A DNA stretch of 64,000 nt from an uncultured Bifidobacterium sp. GTDB taxonomy: Bacteria > Bacteroidota > Bacteroidia > UKL13-3. Position numbers and translations under genes: made by a program. This document shows, in pieces, positions 34,209-44,000 of the stretch. The DNA lies in NCBI GenBank assembly GCA_964529175.1, contig CAZGVO010000002.1, forward strand, positions 268,665 through 332,664, in the 5' to 3' direction. Within the stretch, counting starts at the first letter, position 1, and each line of letters opens with the position of its first letter. The notes under the pieces were generated by a model. That model was given only the letters and a program-made list of their open reading frames with translations. It was not told the origin of the DNA and did no database searches.

Positions 34209-34631
34209 ATGGAAACTATAGTATATCCAATACATTTAGAACAAATACGAAAGATTAAGAAAGGTAGTACTTTATTTAAGGCTTCAGAATTAGAAAATGT
34301 TTCAACATTGATAGATGGGGAGTGGCAAGAAAGCGGTATGTTCTTAATACAAGGTATAGTTCCTGATGAAAACCATTATTTGATTATAGACAGACCTAGT
34401 ACTAACATGTTAAATAATGAAACTTTTTTTGTTGTTTATATGATAACACACAGTCCTCAATATAACAACATTTTGATTCAAAAAGAGTGGGTACAAAATT
34501 TTGACTTACATGTAAATAGTCATGTTACTACAAATACTTTCCTAATCAGAGAACAGGATATTATTATGGATAAACAATATGGTGCTTTTGATTTAGAAAC
34601 ATTTAAAAAACATATCGAAGTAACATATTGA
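34209..34631 (+). CDS. hypothetical protein (cargo)
   Basis: 140 aa. 11-nt gap from the preceding ORF. Ends 20 nt before the right TIR. Confidence 0.4.
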   Translation: METIVYPIHLEQIRKIKKGSTLFKASELENVSTLIDGEWQESGMFLIQGIVPDENHYLIIDRPSTNMLNNETFFVVYMITHSPQYNNILIQKEWVQNFDLHVNSHVTTNTFLIREQDIIMDKQYGAFDLETFKKHIEVTY

Positions 34632-34651
34632 TAATTAACATGTTATAAATC

Positions 34652-34685
34652 TACTTTCCTATATTCCGATAGTCAGTTAAGTTAA
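34652..34685. repeat. right terminal inverted repeat
   Basis: tactttcctatattccgatagtcagttaagttaa, the reverse complement of the left TIR (24/24, then 8/10 with one indel). Confidence 0.85.
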
Positions 34686-34774
34686 TTAATAAACATGGCC
34701 TAATGTTTGAAATAACTTGCTTCGGTGCATGTATTTTAAACATTCACTTGAATTAAGCACCTAAATAGCTACTT

Positions 34775-35350
34775 TTGCCCAACTTTAAAAACAAGCAATA
34801 TTGCTTTATGTTAAAAAAAATACTTTTTATTCTTTGTGTATTGGCTTTTGCTAACATAGCTCAAGCTCAAAGAAATAACGATAAACCTTATGTGGCCGAT
34901 ACCACCCATTGGAGTAAGCCTAAAAAAGCAACTTATTTGGCTTTGGTGCCTGGCCTTGGTCAAATTTATAATAAAAAATATTGGAAACTTCCTATTGTTT
35001 ATGGTGGTTTTGCGGCTTTAATTTACTCTGTTTCGTTTTACCAAAACGAGTATGATATTGTTCGCCAAGCAGTATTGGATAAAAAGGCAGGAAGACCAAT
35101 TTCTGACCCAACTTTACAACCTTTGGATGATGCAAATTTGGTTTCGCTTCGCGATTTTTACAGAGAAAATCGCGATTTGTCGTGGATTGGAATAGGCGGT
35201 TTATATGCTTTGCAAATTATAGATGCAGCAGTAGATGCGCATTTGCAAGAGTTTGATGTAAGCGAAAACCTAACTTTAAAATGGCATCCTGATTACAGGG
35301 TACAAGCTGGAAGAGCCTTTGTTGGCGCCACTTTAAAGTTAGAATTTTAA
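34775..35350 (+). CDS. DUF5683-like membrane protein
   Basis: 191 aa. PGLGQIYNKKYWK motif and signal peptide. Probable start is the Met at 34811. Confidence 0.5.
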   Translation: MPNFKNKQYCFMLKKILFILCVLAFANIAQAQRNNDKPYVADTTHWSKPKKATYLALVPGLGQIYNKKYWKLPIVYGGFAALIYSVSFYQNEYDIVRQAVLDKKAGRPISDPTLQPLDDANLVSLRDFYRENRDLSWIGIGGLYALQIIDAAVDAHLQEFDVSENLTLKWHPDYRVQAGRAFVGATLKLEF

Positions 35351-35360
35351 AATATAATTA

Positions 35361-37226
35361 TTAGTTTTTTATAAACTTGATAGTATTTCCGCTATCTGTT
35401 TTAATAAAATAAACGCCTGCATTTAGTTCTTCAACGTTTAATACATTGTTTTGATGTGCTTTAACCGTTTCTTCCATTTTGAACTTGCCTAACAAATTAT
35501 AAATTTTTACTTGGTAAGTTTTATTTAAATTAATGCCTTGTATATCAATATTTAGTAGGTTTTGAGCAGGATTTGGATAAACATCAATGTTTTGTATTGC
35601 AGCTAATTCCGTAACCGAAGTACTTCTATCTAACTGAATAATTTTAGTTTCTAACGATGCTAAGTTGATGCCACTTCCTACATTATCATTTATATTTAAA
35701 TATTCAGTTTTGTTATTTAAAATATCTTTCGATTTAAAACTACCATTAGCCCAACTTAAAGTATTTAAACTAGTTATCAAATTATTGGTACTTCTTGTAG
35801 CAGTATTTATCAATACCAAATAACTTTGGTTGTTGTAAGTTCTTATAAATGAAAGAACTGCTGTGTCGGAACATAAAACATTTTGGTATGTTCCAACTGA
35901 TAAAGCTGCTGTAGCATTTCTAGTTTGAATTAGCTTTTTGTAATAACTTAATAATGAATTTGTGTCGGCATTCATAAGTTGTACATTATAGCTTGGGTAG
36001 TTTGAGTTTACCGCATACCAAGGGTTTACAGTGCTAAATCCTGCGGCACTTGAGCTGCTCCACTGCATAGGAGTTCTAATTCTTTCATCTGGTTTGCTGC
36101 CTTTCATCCCAACTTCTTCACCGTAATATACATAAGGCGTTCCTGGTAAAGTTAAATAAATTGAAGCAGCAGTTTTTAGTTTATAAATATCGCCACTCAT
36201 TTCGTCAAACACCCGATTTTGGTCGTGGTTGGTTAAAAAAGTACTGAATTTATTGAATTGTAAATTGGCTGTGGCATAATTAATTTCCGTTCTCAAAGCT
36301 TGCGTATTATTGGTTTTCATTACACTTAAAATATTGCTGGCCAAATCAAATTCAAAGCAATTGTCTAATTTGTTATTGTAATTTTTAACGGTACTTGTGG
36401 CTGTCCAAACTTCGCCAACGGTCATAAAATTAGGATTCAACGATTTGCAGTAAGTGTTAAAATCGGCCCAAAACTGATACGTTTCAGGTTGGTTCATTAA
36501 GTTTCCACCATTTTCAAATAAATACATGGCAGCATCAAGCCTAAAACCATCTACTTTTATGCTGTCAATCCAAAATTTAGCAGCATCAAAAATACTATCT
36601 CTAACAGGTTGGTAATTATAGTTTAAATCGGGCATTTCACTCCAAAATAAAGCATAGTAATTACTGCCATTTTTAGTGTACCATACATCTTGTCCCCATG
36701 GCCCTTTGTAAGTTGGTTTGGTGCTATTCCATCTGTAAAAATCGCGGTAAAAAGGATCGTTAGCTGCCGATTTTACAAACCACGGATGTTGGCTTGATGA
36801 ATGATTAATTACAAAATCAATAATTACTTTAATACCTCTATTATGAGCTTCGGTTATTAAATTTTTAAAATCAGCTAACGAACCATATTGAGGGTTAACT
36901 GCCTTATAATTAGTTACATCGTATCCATGACTGCTTGGCGATGCATTAATAGGCATAAGCCAAATTCCTTTTATGCCTAAATCGGTTTTGGTGTTAGAAT
37001 CACCATCGTTCAAATAATTTAGTTTAGATGTAATACCATTAAAATCGCCAATGCCATCAGCATTGCTATCAAAATAACTGCGTACAAATATTTCGTAAAA
37101 AACAGATTGGTTCCACCAATTAGTAGCAGGTTGCGCCATTATTAAGTTTGGAGCTATTAAACATAAGGTAAATATAAATTTTTGTAAACTTTTTTTCATG
37201 TTACGATAGTAATAAATAAAACCCAA
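35361..37226 (-). CDS. GH13 alpha-amylase family protein with T9SS C-terminal sorting domain
   Basis: 621 aa. GH13 regions (VIIDFVINHSS, GFRLDAAMY). C-terminal about 80 aa (YPNPAQNLLNIDI...GVYFIKTDSGNTIKFIKN) is a type-A T9SS sorting domain. Confidence 0.9.
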   Translation of the reverse strand: MGFIYYYRNMKKSLQKFIFTLCLIAPNLIMAQPATNWWNQSVFYEIFVRSYFDSNADGIGDFNGITSKLNYLNDGDSNTKTDLGIKGIWLMPINASPSSHGYDVTNYKAVNPQYGSLADFKNLITEAHNRGIKVIIDFVINHSSSQHPWFVKSAANDPFYRDFYRWNSTKPTYKGPWGQDVWYTKNGSNYYALFWSEMPDLNYNYQPVRDSIFDAAKFWIDSIKVDGFRLDAAMYLFENGGNLMNQPETYQFWADFNTYCKSLNPNFMTVGEVWTATSTVKNYNNKLDNCFEFDLASNILSVMKTNNTQALRTEINYATANLQFNKFSTFLTNHDQNRVFDEMSGDIYKLKTAASIYLTLPGTPYVYYGEEVGMKGSKPDERIRTPMQWSSSSAAGFSTVNPWYAVNSNYPSYNVQLMNADTNSLLSYYKKLIQTRNATAALSVGTYQNVLCSDTAVLSFIRTYNNQSYLVLINTATRSTNNLITSLNTLSWANGSFKSKDILNNKTEYLNINDNVGSGINLASLETKIIQLDRSTSVTELAAIQNIDVYPNPAQNLLNIDIQGINLNKTYQVKIYNLLGKFKMEETVKAHQNNVLNVEELNAGVYFIKTDSGNTIKFIKN

Positions 37227-37374
37227 TTGACTTTAATTTAAATTATAACAATACGGTAAAATTGTAAATAACATAAAAGTGGTTTGATTTTTGAGTTCAA
37301 TACAAAAAGTAATTTTTCCATTTATATAATTTTACCAACTACATTAAATTCTTTTTTAGCATATTCGCATCCTT

Positions 37375-37734
37375 ATGGTTAGTGAAGAATTTGATGAGAT
37401 AACCAAGCTTAAATGGTATAAAATAGTATTTGGCTTAAAATCGCAATTTGGCAAAAAGCCCGATATGAACGGCATTTTATTTTTAATAGGAATAAGAGAA
37501 TTAGGACAAAATAGAGAGTTTACAAAGGATGAAAAAATGGATTTATTCCATATTGCAACGTGTAAATTACTCAGTTATGATGGCTATTTTAAATATGAAT
37601 ATACCGATGAAGAAGGCTGGCCTCATTACGATTTGATAACGCAACCTCAGTATAAAGATTTGTTATCGCAGGAGTATTATTTACGCAAACTTGTAGTAAG
37701 GTATTTTGAAGAAAACGATTTGATAAAAGATTAA
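37375..37734 (+). CDS. hypothetical protein
   Basis: 119 aa ORF. No recognisable motif. Confidence 0.35.
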   Translation: MVSEEFDEITKLKWYKIVFGLKSQFGKKPDMNGILFLIGIRELGQNREFTKDEKMDLFHIATCKLLSYDGYFKYEYTDEEGWPHYDLITQPQYKDLLSQEYYLRKLVVRYFEENDLIKD

Positions 37735-37741
37735 ATTAAAC

Positions 37742-38605
37742 ATGAAAAAGAGTATAATATTAAGTGTTTTATTGGTTTTTGCTTTGCAACTATTGGCTCA
37801 AAAACCTGCTAGCCCAAAAGCTAAAGTTAAGCCTAAGTCAGCTAAAAAATTGAAGGAATACGTAAAAATTAGCACCATTTATGGCGATATGATTTTTACA
37901 CTTTTTGACGAAACACCTAAACACCGCGATAATTTTAAAAAACTTATTAGAGAGCATTATTACGATGATTTATTGTTTCATCGTGTTATTCGCGATTTTA
38001 TGATTCAAGGTGGTGACCCAAACTCGCGCAATGCCGATTCAACTTCTATTTTAGGAAATGGAGGTCCAAGCTATACCATTCCTGCCGAAATTAATAAAAA
38101 GTATTACCATGTAAAAGGTGCTTTATGTGCTGCTAGAACTGGTGATGAGGTTAATCCAAATAAAGAATCAAGTGGTAGTCAGTTTTACATTGTTCAAGGA
38201 ACCAAAATGAAACGTAAAGATGTAGAAATGATGATGAACAATAGAAATTTTGAAAAGAAACAAAAGATTTTTAACGATTTTGTTTATGGTGATACTTCTA
38301 TTGTAAATAAATTGGCAGCCTTACAGCAATCAGGAGGAAGAGATGCTATTTTAAAATATTTATCTAAATTACAACCCACTATTGATAGTATATATGCACC
38401 TAAAGAATATTTGTACTCGTCAGATCAAATTCAAGATTATGATGAAATAGGAGGGGCGCCACATTTAGATGGAGATTATACCGTTTTTGGTATTTTGGTG
38501 CAAGGTTTTGATGTGTTAGATAAAATTGCAATTGTTTATACTAACCCACAAACCAATAGGCCTATTGTTGATATAAAAATGAAGGTAAGCATTATTAAGC
38601 GTTAA
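37742..38605 (+). CDS. peptidylprolyl isomerase, cyclophilin type, secreted
   Basis: 287 aa. FHRVIRDFMIQGGDP cyclophilin signature and a signal peptide. Confidence 0.9.
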   Translation: MKKSIILSVLLVFALQLLAQKPASPKAKVKPKSAKKLKEYVKISTIYGDMIFTLFDETPKHRDNFKKLIREHYYDDLLFHRVIRDFMIQGGDPNSRNADSTSILGNGGPSYTIPAEINKKYYHVKGALCAARTGDEVNPNKESSGSQFYIVQGTKMKRKDVEMMMNNRNFEKKQKIFNDFVYGDTSIVNKLAALQQSGGRDAILKYLSKLQPTIDSIYAPKEYLYSSDQIQDYDEIGGAPHLDGDYTVFGILVQGFDVLDKIAIVYTNPQTNRPIVDIKMKVSIIKR

Positions 38606-38631
38606 TTAGAGTTATATTTTAGATATTAGTT

Positions 38632-41166
38632 TTGAGAAATTTTTTAGCCGTTTTTATTCTTTTTGTTTTTGGTTATCAGTGTTTTGCGCAAACCGATGAT
38701 AATGTTACTATTGTACAAGGAAAAGTTATTGATAAAAGAAATAAAGAACCACTGCCTTTTGTTACCATTACATTTAAAGGAACCAAAATTGGTGTAAATA
38801 GCGATTTTGAAGGAAATTTTAAGTTAAAAACTACTTTGCCAGTCGATTCGTTAAAGGCAAGTTACGTTGGTTATAAAACTTATTATAAACGTGTGGCCGT
38901 TGGTCAAACTCAAAACTTAATTATTGAAATGGTAGAAGCTGGCAGTGAGTTGCGAGCTGTTACCGTTAGGGTAGGTATAAATCCTGCATTGCGTATTGTT
39001 AATAATGCTCGAAAAAATAAAGTTAAAAATAACCAAGAAAACCTAACTGCTTATCAATATGATAGTTATAATAAGGTAGATATTTCGCTAAATAATATAA
39101 GCGATGAAATGAAAAATCGTACAGTTTTTAAGCCAATTAAAGGTTTGTTCGATACTGCTTTTCAAATGAAAAACGAGGATGGAAAATACATTGTTCCATT
39201 GTTTATTAACGAATCGTTTAGTCAATTTTATTACAATAAAATTCCTTCAAAAAACAAAGAAGTAATGATAGCCAGCAATACCGCAGGAATAGGTGTTGGC
39301 GATAAAAGTTTTATTACCGATTTAATGGGAACAAGCCTTCAAAACTTTAATTTTTATGGAAACTTTGTTCGTATTTTGGCTAAAGATTTTATTTCGCCTT
39401 TAAGCAATGTTTGTCATACTTATTATGTTTATACTTTGCTCGATTCAACCATTGAAAATGGAAAGAAAAACTACAAACTTCAATTAAATTTAAAAGATGA
39501 ACAAGATCTTGGCTTTTTGGGCCATATGTGGATAGAGGAAGGAACCTGGGCTTTAACACGCATTGATGTAGAAATTTCGAAATATGCCAATATCAATTTT
39601 ATTGATAGGTTAAAACTTCAACAAGAATTAAAGCAAACTACTGCAGGGCCATTTATTCCATATAAAAATAGGATGATTATTGATGTGGCTGAAATGACCA
39701 AAAACACCAGTGGAATTATTGCCAAGTTTTATAATTCGGCTTCTAATATTGTAGTAAACGAACCCAAAGAACATTCGTTTTACGACAGAATTATTGAACG
39801 TGCCGAAGAAAATGAGTTAGAAAAAGATTCAAATTTTTGGAATAGCAAACGCCCAGAAGCATTTACACCTATTGAACGTAAAATGTACAATATGGTTGAT
39901 TCAATTAAAAACCTGCCTGCTGTTCAAACTTATATTGATGTGGTTAGAATTGTGGTGGAAGGTTATAAACGTATTGGTGGAATTGATTGGGGGCCATATG
40001 TGTTTTTATATGGATATAACAATGTAGAAGGAAGTAGAGTTCGCCTTGGTTTTAGAACCAATCATTTATTTAGCAGACGATGGATATTTAAATCGCATTT
40101 GGCTTATGGTTTTAAAGATGAACGATTTAAGTATGGCTTATCGGCCGATTATATAAGCAATAGACGCGATTGGACAGTTTGGAGCGCTAGCTACCGCGAT
40201 GATTATGATGTACTTGGAATAACCAACGATGCTGGTCCGGGAAATAATACTTCAAATATTTTTCAGGCCATTAGTATTTTTTCTGATAATATAAGATTGA
40301 ATAGAACCCACGAGTTGAAATTTGCTTTATTCAAACACTACAGCAGAGATTGGTCATACCGAATTTGCACGCAGTTTAACATGTTTGATCCTTTGGGTGA
40401 ATTTAGGTTTGCCTATAAAACCAGCGAAACCAATGGCGATAGTTTAAAAACATCATTTAATAATGCGCATGTAAGTGCTGAAATTAGATGGGCTTATAAA
40501 GAATTGCAAATAGTGCGTGGAAACGATAGGGTAAGAATGGCTCGTTCATTATTACCTGTTTTATCCCTTTCATACACACACGGTTTTAAAGGTGTTTTTG
40601 GAAGTAATTTTGAATACAATAAGTTACAATTTAATGTGCAACATCATGCCAATACCAGCATTTTTGGAACAGCAGATTATTGGTTAACAGTTGGTAAAAT
40701 TTGGGGAGTTTTGCCTTATCCTTTGTTAGATGTGGCGCGTGGTAATCAGGTATTTATTTACTCTGACTTTAACTACAGTTTGATGAATTTTTATGAATTT
40801 ATAAGCGATGAGTATGCTCATTTTACTTATGTTCAGCATTTTGAAGGGTTGTTTTTAAACAGCATTCCGGTGGTTAAAAATTGGAAATGGCGTAATTTTG
40901 CTTTTGTAAAAGCAGCTTATGGAAACTTAAATAGCAGCAATTATAATTTAACCAATGTGCCTTACACGCCTGATGGACAAATAACCAATAAAATAAATTC
41001 GTTTAAAAATAATATTCCATATGTAGAAGTTGGGTATGGATTTGAAAACATATTCCGTATTATCTCCATCAATATGGTGCATAGGTTAACTTACTTAGAC
41101 CAACAACCAAACCAAGAAAAACCAAGATCGTGGGGCATCAATCTTGGATTAAAATTCCAGTTTTAG
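38632..41166 (+). CDS. carboxypeptidase-regulatory-like domain / DUF5686-type outer membrane protein
   Basis: 844 aa with a signal peptide. The N-terminal CarbopepD_reg-like domain (GKVIDKRNKEPLPFVTITFKGTKIGVNSDFEGNF) is followed by a beta-rich domain and a C-terminal aromatic residue. Confidence 0.65.
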   Translation: MRNFLAVFILFVFGYQCFAQTDDNVTIVQGKVIDKRNKEPLPFVTITFKGTKIGVNSDFEGNFKLKTTLPVDSLKASYVGYKTYYKRVAVGQTQNLIIEMVEAGSELRAVTVRVGINPALRIVNNARKNKVKNNQENLTAYQYDSYNKVDISLNNISDEMKNRTVFKPIKGLFDTAFQMKNEDGKYIVPLFINESFSQFYYNKIPSKNKEVMIASNTAGIGVGDKSFITDLMGTSLQNFNFYGNFVRILAKDFISPLSNVCHTYYVYTLLDSTIENGKKNYKLQLNLKDEQDLGFLGHMWIEEGTWALTRIDVEISKYANINFIDRLKLQQELKQTTAGPFIPYKNRMIIDVAEMTKNTSGIIAKFYNSASNIVVNEPKEHSFYDRIIERAEENELEKDSNFWNSKRPEAFTPIERKMYNMVDSIKNLPAVQTYIDVVRIVVEGYKRIGGIDWGPYVFLYGYNNVEGSRVRLGFRTNHLFSRRWIFKSHLAYGFKDERFKYGLSADYISNRRDWTVWSASYRDDYDVLGITNDAGPGNNTSNIFQAISIFSDNIRLNRTHELKFALFKHYSRDWSYRICTQFNMFDPLGEFRFAYKTSETNGDSLKTSFNNAHVSAEIRWAYKELQIVRGNDRVRMARSLLPVLSLSYTHGFKGVFGSNFEYNKLQFNVQHHANTSIFGTADYWLTVGKIWGVLPYPLLDVARGNQVFIYSDFNYSLMNFYEFISDEYAHFTYVQHFEGLFLNSIPVVKNWKWRNFAFVKAAYGNLNSSNYNLTNVPYTPDGQITNKINSFKNNIPYVEVGYGFENIFRIISINMVHRLTYLDQQPNQEKPRSWGINLGLKFQF

Positions 41167-41217
41167 ATTAAATGTATTTAGTCAATAACTCCCAACTCTC
41201 ATCTCCCAATTCCCAAC

Positions 41218-42168
41218 TCATCCAATTTCAATATAAGTAGCACCTCCGCCAAATTTTAGCGAATCAGCATCTTCAAAGTGTTTGGCTAATCGCTTGTTTT
41301 TAGTTAAAAAGGTATGGATTTTGTTTTTCAAATATTGGTTGCCAATGCCGTGTACATAAACTATACTTTTCATTTGATGCACGTAAGCGGCCTCTAATGT
41401 TTTTATAAATACATCCATTTGTACACCAATAATATCGTTGGTTTGCGTGGTGTAGCCTCGTTCTAATAATTTATCAAAATGAAGGTCAATAATTGGTTCT
41501 GGCTTTTTTGTTAAATCAATTTTTTCAACAACTGTTTTTTCTGTAAAATCTTTTTGTTTCAAAGCATTTAAGTTTAATGAACTAAACTCTTCGTTTAACT
41601 TAAACATATAAGCTTGTTTTTGTAAAAAGAAACAAAACTTTAGCGATTGGTGAAACTCTTTTGGCTTTGATTTAAACTCTACACTTAAAGGTTTGGAAGG
41701 GTTAATATTGATATCATCAGCCATAATAAATTGGAACAACAATGGATTCCATTTTTCGTAGTTTTCTAAATTTAATTTTAAAAAACTCACTTCTTCTCCG
41801 CGGCTCAATTTGCCAGTTTTGTAAAGGTTATACACCTCTTTTTCTTTTTGATAAACCACATACATCAAAGTCTCGCAAGCATTGTTATGCAATACACCTT
41901 CAACCTCGTTTTCGCCTAATCTATTATAGGCCCAAAATACACCTAAAGGATTGGTACTTAACTTGGGTTTTAGTTTATCTTCAACTTCTTTTTTATCGTT
42001 ATTTGGCTTTACATCGTCAAAATCAATTTTAACCACCTCGCTAGCCATAACAGGTATTTCAAAATCATCTTCAATGGTTACACCTACCAAGTTTTTTTGC
42101 TTAAAACTGGTAACTATACCTTCCATATTTTCGTTTACAAACTTTACTCTATCGCCTAACTTCAACAT
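41218..42168 (-). CDS. Smr domain-containing protein (DUF2027-type N-terminus)
   Basis: 316 aa. C-terminal Smr motif IDLHFDKLL...VYVHGIGNQYLKNKIHTFL. Confidence 0.7.
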   Translation of the reverse strand: MLKLGDRVKFVNENMEGIVTSFKQKNLVGVTIEDDFEIPVMASEVVKIDFDDVKPNNDKKEVEDKLKPKLSTNPLGVFWAYNRLGENEVEGVLHNNACETLMYVVYQKEKEVYNLYKTGKLSRGEEVSFLKLNLENYEKWNPLLFQFIMADDININPSKPLSVEFKSKPKEFHQSLKFCFFLQKQAYMFKLNEEFSSLNLNALKQKDFTEKTVVEKIDLTKKPEPIIDLHFDKLLERGYTTQTNDIIGVQMDVFIKTLEAAYVHQMKSIVYVHGIGNQYLKNKIHTFLTKNKRLAKHFEDADSLKFGGGATYIEIG

Positions 42169-42204
42169 TGTTTTATCTTATTTATTTTGCTTTGCAATAT
42201 TAAA

Positions 42205-42243
42205 CCAAAAAGCCGAAGTACTTGCATACATTCGGCTTTTTGA
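42205..42243 (-). terminator. rho-independent terminator downstream of htrA
   Basis: aaaagccgaa / ttcggctttt stem with a 14-nt loop. T-run on the minus strand. Confidence 0.6.
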
Positions 42244-42273
42244 ATTGAACTAATTGATGTTTACTAACTATTA

Positions 42274-43734
42274 TTATTTGCCAATTTTTACAGCAAAATA
42301 ATCTTGCGTTCCATCAGCATTTACGCCCTCTACCAACACAGCGCCTTTTTTACCTTCAAAAGCTGCTTTTACATCGCTTACGGTAGAAACTGGTTTTTTA
42401 TCAATATTGGTAATTACAAATCCAGCAGGCACTCCGGCTGCTTTTAAAATACTTTTTGCACCAATATTTTTTACTTTTATACCATTGGCAATTTTTAGTT
42501 TTAATCGCTCATCGCGAGTAAGTGTTTCAAAATCGGTATCCAAAGCTTTGTTAACTTCTGTCTTTTCGGCAGTTTTTAAAGTAGTTTTGCCATCTAAACC
42601 TTTAAGTTTTACATCAAAAAGTTTTTCTTTTCCATCTCTAATTACTTTAATTTTAACCACATCACCCGGATTTTTCTTACCAATCATTTCTTGTAGTTCA
42701 GGAGTAGTTTTGGTTTCTGTTCCATCAGCAGAAATAATAACGTCATCGTTTTTTAAACCAGCATCTTCGGCAGCACTGTTTTCTTTTACATTTCTAACAT
42801 ATACTCCTTTTACTTCTTTTAAGCCTAATTTATCGGCCAAAGCGCCATCAATATCGGTAATTTCAACTCCTAAAACACCACGTTGAACAGTTCCATATTT
42901 TTGTAAATCGTTAATTACTTTGCTCATTAAATTACTAGGAATAGCAAAAGCATATCCTGCGTATTGTCCTGTTTCACTGGCAATTGCAGTGTTTATTCCA
43001 ATTAATTTACCTTCTTGGTTAATTAAAGCACCACCACTGTTTCCTGGATTTACAGCAGCATCGGTTTGAATAAACGATTCAATTGGATATTGTTGTCCGT
43101 TGCCTCTGTTAATGTTTAAGTTGCGGCCTTTAGCACTTACAATTCCCGCAGTTACTGTAGATGTAAGGTTAAATGGATTTCCAACGGCTAAAACCCATTG
43201 GCCTACTTTTACCTCATCGCTATTGCCAATTACCGCAAAAGGCAAATTGGTTTCTGATATGCGCAATAAAGCCAAGTCAGTATTATTATCTTTGCCTAAT
43301 AATTCAGCATCGTATTCGCGTTTATCGTTTAAAACCACTTTTATTTTGGTAGCACCGTCTATTACATGGTTATTGGTAACAATTAAACCATCTTGCGAAA
43401 TAATAACGCCACTGCCGCTCCCAGCTCTTGGTCCTGGTTGAGGAATATTAAATCCTCTGCCACCAAAAAAGTCAAAAGGGTTAATTTCTTGCATTTCATT
43501 TCTGCTTTGCGGAGCATCTACTACAGTTAAAATATGAACCACAGTAGGTGTAGCTAATTCAGCTATTGCCACAAAATCAGGTCGCTGTCCGCCATCTGAC
43601 AAACTTGCATACCTTGCTAGGTAATTTTGTGTAAATTCTGTTGCACTTTGTTTACCTCCAAATAATTTGTTTAAGCCAATTGCAGCCAAGCCTCCAAGGC
43701 ATGCTACTGCAAAAATAAGTGTGTACTTTTTCAT
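42274..43734 (-). CDS. htrA: Do/DegP/HtrA family periplasmic serine protease with two PDZ domains
   Basis: 486 aa. Trypsin-like catalytic triad (TNNHV, DLALL, GNSGGAL) and two PDZ segments. Confidence 0.92.
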   Translation of the reverse strand: MKKYTLIFAVACLGGLAAIGLNKLFGGKQSATEFTQNYLARYASLSDGGQRPDFVAIAELATPTVVHILTVVDAPQSRNEMQEINPFDFFGGRGFNIPQPGPRAGSGSGVIISQDGLIVTNNHVIDGATKIKVVLNDKREYDAELLGKDNNTDLALLRISETNLPFAVIGNSDEVKVGQWVLAVGNPFNLTSTVTAGIVSAKGRNLNINRGNGQQYPIESFIQTDAAVNPGNSGGALINQEGKLIGINTAIASETGQYAGYAFAIPSNLMSKVINDLQKYGTVQRGVLGVEITDIDGALADKLGLKEVKGVYVRNVKENSAAEDAGLKNDDVIISADGTETKTTPELQEMIGKKNPGDVVKIKVIRDGKEKLFDVKLKGLDGKTTLKTAEKTEVNKALDTDFETLTRDERLKLKIANGIKVKNIGAKSILKAAGVPAGFVITNIDKKPVSTVSDVKAAFEGKKGAVLVEGVNADGTQDYFAVKIGK

Positions 43735-44000
43735 TTTCTTTTCAATTTAATTGTAGTAAAATTATTTCCATTCAAAAGTTATACCAATTGCGATTATTGT
43801 ATCATTTAAACTTTTTCAAAAAAATGTTCTATAAAAAACAATATTTGCTTTTAAGTTTTAATGCTTTTATGAAGCAATTTGTTTTTTTATTTTAAAACAT
43901 GTTTACTTTTTGTTTTAAAATAACATTTTGGTTGATGAACGGTAAATAAAAAAACTTGCAGCTATCAAAACTTAGTTGAAATTTGCACTTTCAAAAATAA

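Larger units (their letters stand above)
30141..34685. mobile_element. TIR-bounded IS1595-family transposon-like element carrying passenger genes
   Basis: Terminal inverted repeats at 30141-30174 and 34652-34685 enclose an IS1595 transposase gene and about 3 kb of AT-rich cargo. The element is inserted 1 nt after the beta-mannosidase stop codon. Confidence 0.65.

Noticed and set aside
42407-43441. Two plus-strand ORFs (159 aa, 113 aa) within the htrA locus
   Set aside because: Antisense to a well-supported protease gene. Ser/Thr/Pro-rich composition.
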